Shown here: one piece after another, positions 59,014 through 64,000 of the stretch
How the letters are laid out: each line of letters opens with the position of its first letter
Numbering within the stretch: position 1 is the stretch's first letter
Assembly (NCBI GenBank): GCA_918797485.1
Contig: CAKKNE010000001.1
Span: forward strand, 3,844,001 to 3,908,000
Direction of reading: 5' to 3'
Source: Pelagomonas calceolata
Lineage: Eukaryota
DNA length: 64,000 nt
Made by a program: the position numbers and the translations under genes
The notes under the pieces: model-generated
Seen by the model: only the letters and a program-made list of their open reading frames with translations
Database searches by the model: none
Told to the model about the DNA's origin: nothing

Positions 59014-59307
59014 ATGCTGCGCGCGCTCCTGGCCAGCTTGTTGCTCACGGCGCTCTACGCTAGAGCGCTCACCGGCGCCGAGCGCCGCGCGCCCCTCCGC
59101 GCGAAACGCACAAAGCGGCCTCCCAGCAGCTCCGCCGGCGCGAAGACGCGGACGCGCTATGTAGACGATCCGGGCTTCGTCGGCGACGGCTACTTCGAGG
59201 CCGTCGAGGTCCACCGGAGGGAGCCGCCGCGCGCCGCGCGGACGCCGGCCTTGGACTTCGGGAATGCGACGCGGCCCGTCTACGTCGCGGACCCGCTCTG
59301 GCTCTAG
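59014..59307 (+). CDS. Short hypothetical secreted protein (possibly incomplete)
   Basis: ATG + signal peptide MLRALLASLLLTALYARA. Confidence 0.4.
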   Translation: MLRALLASLLLTALYARALTGAERRAPLRAKRTKRPPSSSAGAKTRTRYVDDPGFVGDGYFEAVEVHRREPPRAARTPALDFGNATRPVYVADPLWL

Positions 59308-59506
59308 TCCGGCGCGTGCGTAAGCCGCCCGGGGACCTGTCTTCGTTGCTCTTTTTTTTTGGGTTCGGGGCCGCGTCGACGGCGTCCGGCTCTAACTTAT
59401 CTTTTACGGTGCTAGGACGAATGGGCGATTCATCGGCGGCGGGCGCCTGCCGCCGTCCAATTCAACTATTTCAACTTAACATGCCAAGCTTTTGCGCGCT
59501 GCGCCT

Positions 59507-60427
59507 TCACAGAAAGTACCCAAGCGCGGCGCCCGCCAGGAGGCCGCCCGCGTGGGCCGCGTACCTGGCTCTGCGCTCGACCCTGCGCGGGCAGCCGGGC
59601 GTGGGCCGCGTTAACGGGCGTGGGCCGCATCCGCTGTAATCGCGGTCGTCGGAGTAGAGAAGCTTGGCCTCGACCCACTCGCACAAGAGGACGTTCACCG
59701 CGACGTTTACCCAGAGCATGACTCGGATGTCGTGGGGCTTTCGGACGCCGAACGGGGTCCAGAGCGTCCGGCGATTCAGGGCCAGCATCACGCCGCCGAC
59801 GCCGAGCACCGCCGCCGTAGGGGCGCCGACGCCGCCTACTAAGAAGGTGTAGACGGCTAGTTCCAAATCAAAAGGTCGCGGGCCTTCCCCGACATGCCAG
59901 GCTTCCCAAATTGTGCGTTGTTCCCATACGTACGCGTACCAAGTACGGCGGTACGGCTGGAGAGCCAGGCAGCCCGCGGCGCCCGAGAGGACGTACACCG
60001 CGAGCATGCGCGCCTTGCCGACGGCCGGCTCAACCACCGAGCCGAATTGGAAGAGGGCGAACACGTTCGCGGCCAGGTGGAGCGAGCTCATGTGCCGGAG
60101 AAACAGAAAGGGGAAGGGGTACCACCACCTGCGCAGGTGCCACCACCTGTCCTTCTTGAACAAAATTGTCAACTCTTGTTGTTGGAGGAATGCCGCGCAC
60201 ATCAGGAGGATCAAGGTGAACGTGATGATCGGCAGGCCGCGAGAGGGCGCCGCGCGCTGGTCGCCTGTTTTTAGTAGGCCTCGCGACCAGCGCGCCGCGT
60301 CCGACGCCAGCTCGCGCCGCGCGCGATTCGCGTCCCGACCCGAGGAGTCGGACTCACGGTCAGACCGGCTGGAGCAGCGCGAACGCGGCGCCTCGTCGTC
60401 CGAGTGGTCGGGGTACCGGTTGGCCAT
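59507..60427 (-). CDS. Rhomboid-family membrane protein, probably catalytically altered
   Basis: W.R, H....HLAAN, G...E...G..R, VGAPTAAVLG, AAHAGGLLAG. Confidence 0.78.
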   Translation of the reverse strand: MANRYPDHSDDEAPRSRCSSRSDRESDSSGRDANRARRELASDAARWSRGLLKTGDQRAAPSRGLPIITFTLILLMCAAFLQQQELTILFKKDRWWHLRRWWYPFPFLFLRHMSSLHLAANVFALFQFGSVVEPAVGKARMLAVYVLSGAAGCLALQPYRRTWYAYVWEQRTIWEAWHVGEGPRPFDLELAVYTFLVGGVGAPTAAVLGVGGVMLALNRRTLWTPFGVRKPHDIRVMLWVNVAVNVLLCEWVEAKLLYSDDRDYSGCGPRPLTRPTPGCPRRVERRARYAAHAGGLLAGAALGYFL

Positions 60428-60499
60428 GACCCGCGTCGCCTCGACTCTCCGGGACAACCGGTACAAGACTGAAATACGAGCGGGGATTTCCGGGTGCAT

Positions 60500-60521
60500 G
60501 CTAGCGGTGTAAGACACTAGC
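60500..60521. promoter_or_regulatory. Bipartite CTAG promoter-associated motif
   Basis: GCTAGCGGTGTAAGACACTAGC between divergent genes; a half site AAGACACTAGC also lies near 60587-60597. Confidence 0.6.
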
Positions 60522-60626
60522 AAAGCAAGCAAGCAGCAGCAAAAGCAGCGAGACCGCTGCGTTCCGCATGGTATAGGTGCAGTTTAAAGACACTAGCACC
60601 ACCGCACCGCAGCATCAAAAGCAGCC

Positions 60627-62882
60627 ATGAGCCAACAACCACCGATAAAAAAGCGCAAGGGCGACGTCCTCGGCGGCCTCGTCGCGAGCGTCCAGGAGAC
60701 GGCGCGCGAGGTCGGCGGCCTGCACGCGAGAGATGCGGCGAAAGGCGCTGCTTCATTAGTGGCCAAGGAGCAGTCGTTAAAAGGCGCCAACGTGGAGGCG
60801 TCGCTCGCGAACGCGCTCAATGCTCTACGAACGGCAGCACAAGGCATCGGTGGTGCCATTGAAGTAGAGTGTCGCATCGGCGTGGCCTGCGAGAAGGGCG
60901 CGGGTCTAGGGTCAGCCACGGCCGCAGCGAAACGGTTCGTGGCGGGAAGACGGGGCTGCGGCGCCGTGGCCATCGGCGGCTCGTCGGACTTCTGCCCTGG
61001 GGTTTCTGAAGTTTCTTTCAGGGAAGCGCAGGAGAATGTCGAGCGGTGCCAATCTGTTTCTTGGACGGAGAGTGTGGAGTCGACTTTTGGCGCGGAGACT
61101 GGACCTAGGTTGGTGGTGTCGTCAGATGGGAGGCAAAGACTGGAGCAGAAGAGCAAGCTGGACACCCACGACTTCGCGCTGCCGTCTGCGGCCTACGACG
61201 TGCGCCTCCAAGTGGCCTCGGAGGCGAATTTACCGCTCGCCCAACTCCCGGAACCTACGAAGAAACACTGGACGTTTCGTCGCATAAAAAAGCGAAGGTC
61301 CTGCGCGCCCGCGTCCTTCCGAGGCTGGCGCGTCGACCTGACGGAGGTCACGAGACACGACTACACCGTGGACAAGCTCACGACGCAAACAGCGTTGGAA
61401 GTGGCAAAGGGCAAGGGTCCTCCGCCCGCTTCCTCCTCGACCGTCTACGAAGTCGAGGTCGAATTAGATAGTGCAGCTACCCAAAGATGGCTCGCTTTAC
61501 CAATGGGGGTCTCGCAGGAGGAGAAAATGATTGCTGATGTGCTATCCGCGGTCCTACGAGTACTGAACCCCGTCGAAGCGACCGATACCAGGGGCAACCC
61601 TGCCGTGCCCGCCCCCAAGATGCTCCAGAACATCGCCAAGTCGGTGTTAAGGGGTATCCAGGCCGGCCAGTCTAGGGCCTTCCCGGGCGCGATGCCCGTC
61701 GGTCTGGCTCGGAGAAATATGAAAGACGTGCGATCAAATTATTTCGTGGCCGAGAAGAGCGATGGGGAACGTCGACTATTGGTGGCAGTCCACGACAAGG
61801 CCGCGGGGAAAGTTAGATGTTGTTTAGTCGATAGGAAAGGTACCGTAGAGGTAGCTAGAGTGACGGGTGGAAAACCGCTCAAGCCGGGGACCGTGTTGGA
61901 TGGAGAGATTGTCAGAAACTTAGCTCATCAAGCACCAGTGTTCCTGATCTTCGACGTGCTGCACAACGGCCAGGAAGACGTCTCGCAGGCTACCTTTTCA
62001 CAACGTTATTTCGGGGGCCTCTCGTCGAAAACGCTCAAGGACTGCCTCAGTACGAAGTGCCCACCACCTACAGCAACGAAGGAGGACGGCATGCACGACG
62101 ACGGGAGCTTCCAGGTGGCCGTGCACCAGCCCTCCGATCCGAACGACGCCTTGCTCAAGGACGCGCCGGCCTTGCCGCTCGTGCCGAAGCGCTTCGTTTC
62201 CTCGCGACGGTGCGGCGAGATCTTAGCCAAAATAACGCAGGACAACGACGAGGAAGGTTCTGTGCCCTTCGGGTGCCGCGTGTCGCGAGATGGCGCGTTC
62301 CGGACGCATCGCTCGGATGGCTTGGTTTTTGTGCCCGACACGCCCTATATCGCGGGCACGGATCACTCCCTGTTGAAGTGGAAGGCTCGGGACCAACTCA
62401 CCGTCGATCTGACCGTCCGAGGTGCCGGGAAGGGCGAGGGCCTCGGTTTTTTCGCGGTGGACGACGATGGTGGGGATGTCGACTGTTCGAAGCACGTGCA
62501 TCTGTCGGAGCAGGACGCGGCACGATTACGAGCTGATGTCGCTGATAGACCTAGTCGCGTCACTGTGGCCGAACTGGGCCTAGATAGTTCTTCCGGGTTG
62601 TGGGTCTACCACGCCGTAAGGCCAGACAAGGAAGGAGGAAACCACTTCGACACCTTTCTCTCTACGCTACTGTTGCATGCGGAGTCGCCCTCCGAACCCG
62701 AACTCAGATATCGCCTCTCGTCGCCGACGGACGACTGGGCGAAGAGGGAAGAAGGCGCGCTGCTCGCGGCGGCGTCGCCCTGGCGCGAGCAGTTCTCCAA
62801 GTCGCAGAACCGGCCCTTCTGGTGGAACAGCGTCACGGACGAGAAGTCGTGGGCGCGGCCGGCGCCGTTCCTGTCGCTCTAA
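60627..62882 (+). CDS. mRNA capping enzyme: TTM/CYTH triphosphatase + guanylyltransferase + OB fold + C-terminal WW-like domain
   Basis: EVECRIG, RIKKRRS, WRVDLTEV, YEVEVEL; EKSDGER, LDGEI, IFDVL, DGLVF, LLKWK, RPDK..N; WREQFS..NRPFWWN..T....W.RP. Confidence 0.88.
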   Translation: MSQQPPIKKRKGDVLGGLVASVQETAREVGGLHARDAAKGAASLVAKEQSLKGANVEASLANALNALRTAAQGIGGAIEVECRIGVACEKGAGLGSATAAAKRFVAGRRGCGAVAIGGSSDFCPGVSEVSFREAQENVERCQSVSWTESVESTFGAETGPRLVVSSDGRQRLEQKSKLDTHDFALPSAAYDVRLQVASEANLPLAQLPEPTKKHWTFRRIKKRRSCAPASFRGWRVDLTEVTRHDYTVDKLTTQTALEVAKGKGPPPASSSTVYEVEVELDSAATQRWLALPMGVSQEEKMIADVLSAVLRVLNPVEATDTRGNPAVPAPKMLQNIAKSVLRGIQAGQSRAFPGAMPVGLARRNMKDVRSNYFVAEKSDGERRLLVAVHDKAAGKVRCCLVDRKGTVEVARVTGGKPLKPGTVLDGEIVRNLAHQAPVFLIFDVLHNGQEDVSQATFSQRYFGGLSSKTLKDCLSTKCPPPTATKEDGMHDDGSFQVAVHQPSDPNDALLKDAPALPLVPKRFVSSRRCGEILAKITQDNDEEGSVPFGCRVSRDGAFRTHRSDGLVFVPDTPYIAGTDHSLLKWKARDQLTVDLTVRGAGKGEGLGFFAVDDDGGDVDCSKHVHLSEQDAARLRADVADRPSRVTVAELGLDSSSGLWVYHAVRPDKEGGNHFDTFLSTLLLHAESPSEPELRYRLSSPTDDWAKREEGALLAAASPWREQFSKSQNRPFWWNSVTDEKSWARPAPFLSL

Positions 62883-62893
62883 CATTAAACTAG

Positions 62894-63667
62894 TTATGGC
62901 CTCATCCCAAAACCGCCGGACGGCCGGTGGCAGACACAGTTCGTGCGCCAGAGCCCGAGCCGGTTGTGCGCGAAGTCCGTCAGGGCGCGGTGCGCGCCGC
63001 GCGTCGCTAGGTCCGCGAGAGTACTGTAGAAGACGTTCACCGAGACCGAGACGTCGAGCGACCGCACGGCGTGGAACCAATCCCGCGGGATGAAGAGGGC
63101 GTCTCCCGCCCGCAAGACGAAGCTCAGCGGCGGCGCGCAGCCCGCGTACGGCGGATGCTGCCGCGCCTTCTCCGCCTCGGACAGAAACGCGTCGATCTCG
63201 CAGCACTCCGTGCCGTTGTCATACCTTGGATTCGGGTCGAGGTGCCTCCTTGAATTCGGCGGGTAGAGCAGGACGTGCTTGGAACCGTGCGTCACTATTA
63301 ATACATTGTCCTCGTCGTCGCTGTGCAGTCCGGTGGTCGCGTCGGCGCCGCCGACCCATAAAAACGCCGTCTCCTGGACCCACGACGTGAGAAAAGGCGC
63401 GTGCGCCCGCAATGACCACCGGCAGCCCAGATCCTCGAGCGGGCACTGCTTCAGGTAGCCCGCGCGCGGGTCGCCGCGGAGCGTCGCACAGAAGTGGCCG
63501 AGCGTGACGTCCTCCTTGCTCGATTCCGCTGCGACCCTCTCCTCGCACCCGTGCGAGACGGCAACGCGCTTGTCCGGTTTTAAAGTTGCCACTTCTTCGG
63601 GTGTTTGTGGTAGCGCGGAGGCGTCGACGGCGACGAGGTGTGGGGTTGGTGTGGTTTTGCTTGCCAT
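62894..63667 (-). CDS. JmjC (cupin_8) 2-oxoglutarate/Fe dioxygenase
   Basis: LWVG, TGLHSD..DN, GSK..LLYPP, L.AGDALFIP..WFHAVRSL. Confidence 0.9.
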   Translation of the reverse strand: MASKTTPTPHLVAVDASALPQTPEEVATLKPDKRVAVSHGCEERVAAESSKEDVTLGHFCATLRGDPRAGYLKQCPLEDLGCRWSLRAHAPFLTSWVQETAFLWVGGADATTGLHSDDEDNVLIVTHGSKHVLLYPPNSRRHLDPNPRYDNGTECCEIDAFLSEAEKARQHPPYAGCAPPLSFVLRAGDALFIPRDWFHAVRSLDVSVSVNVFYSTLADLATRGAHRALTDFAHNRLGLWRTNCVCHRPSGGFGMRP

Positions 63668-63798
63668 GTCTGCAGCCCAGTGCAGTGAGGCGTGGGCGTG
63701 GGCTAGCAGTGCTGCTCAGAGGTCGTCTTCCACAAATATTGAGGAGCTGTGCGAGCGCGCGCACTGCTGATCCAGCACGAGGACGAGCTGGCTGATTT

Positions 63799-63821
63799 GC
63801 TAGTGTCTTACTGCACGCTAG
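63799..63821. promoter_or_regulatory. Bipartite CTAG promoter-associated motif
   Basis: GCTAGTGTCTTACTGCACGCTAG upstream of the JmjC gene. Confidence 0.55.
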
Positions 63822-64000
63822 GTAGTGTTTTGGCTCGTTTTGGCTCCTTTGCCTCTGTGCAAACGCAACGCAAGAGCGCCGTAGATATCAAGACTTCACC
63901 CACGCAGTGCGAAATACGCAAAAAAAGGCAGCTCTGCGACGAAATCAGCCTCAGGCCCACATGCTCTCCATCGCACAACTCAAAATCATCAGCGGCTGCG

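Overview
GC-rich, very gene-dense eukaryotic nuclear DNA with about 45 compact genes, short spliceosomal introns and many bipartite signal + 'AFAP'-type plastid presequences. This points to a photosynthetic stramenopile, most likely a pelagophyte (Pelagomonas/Aureococcus-like; inference). Housekeeping genes include a DEAD-box helicase, MFS sugar porter, AGC kinase, cystathionine gamma-lyase/synthase, FKBP, ABC1 kinase, APS reductase, eIF2B-delta, mitoribosomal S18, TAF5, aminotransferase, GT60, mRNA capping enzyme and a JmjC protein. Highlights: (1) a ~1250-aa NLR-like gene (39885-35775, minus) with a RelA/SpoT-like domain, an SF1 helicase and a 7-blade WD40 propeller, where each blade sits on its own phase-0 exon between near-identical 50-52-nt introns and variation is concentrated at a few surface residues; (2) a family of introner DNA transposons (TIR CTGTGTRGAAA..., 8-bp TSD) creating introns in both orientations, at several stages of decay; (3) a bipartite motif GCTAGTGT(C/G)TTAC-N2-6-GCTAGC in about 18 upstream intergenic regions; (4) a 2.4-kb TIR/TSD-bounded element with no transposase. 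All calls come from reading the sequence; no database searches were run.
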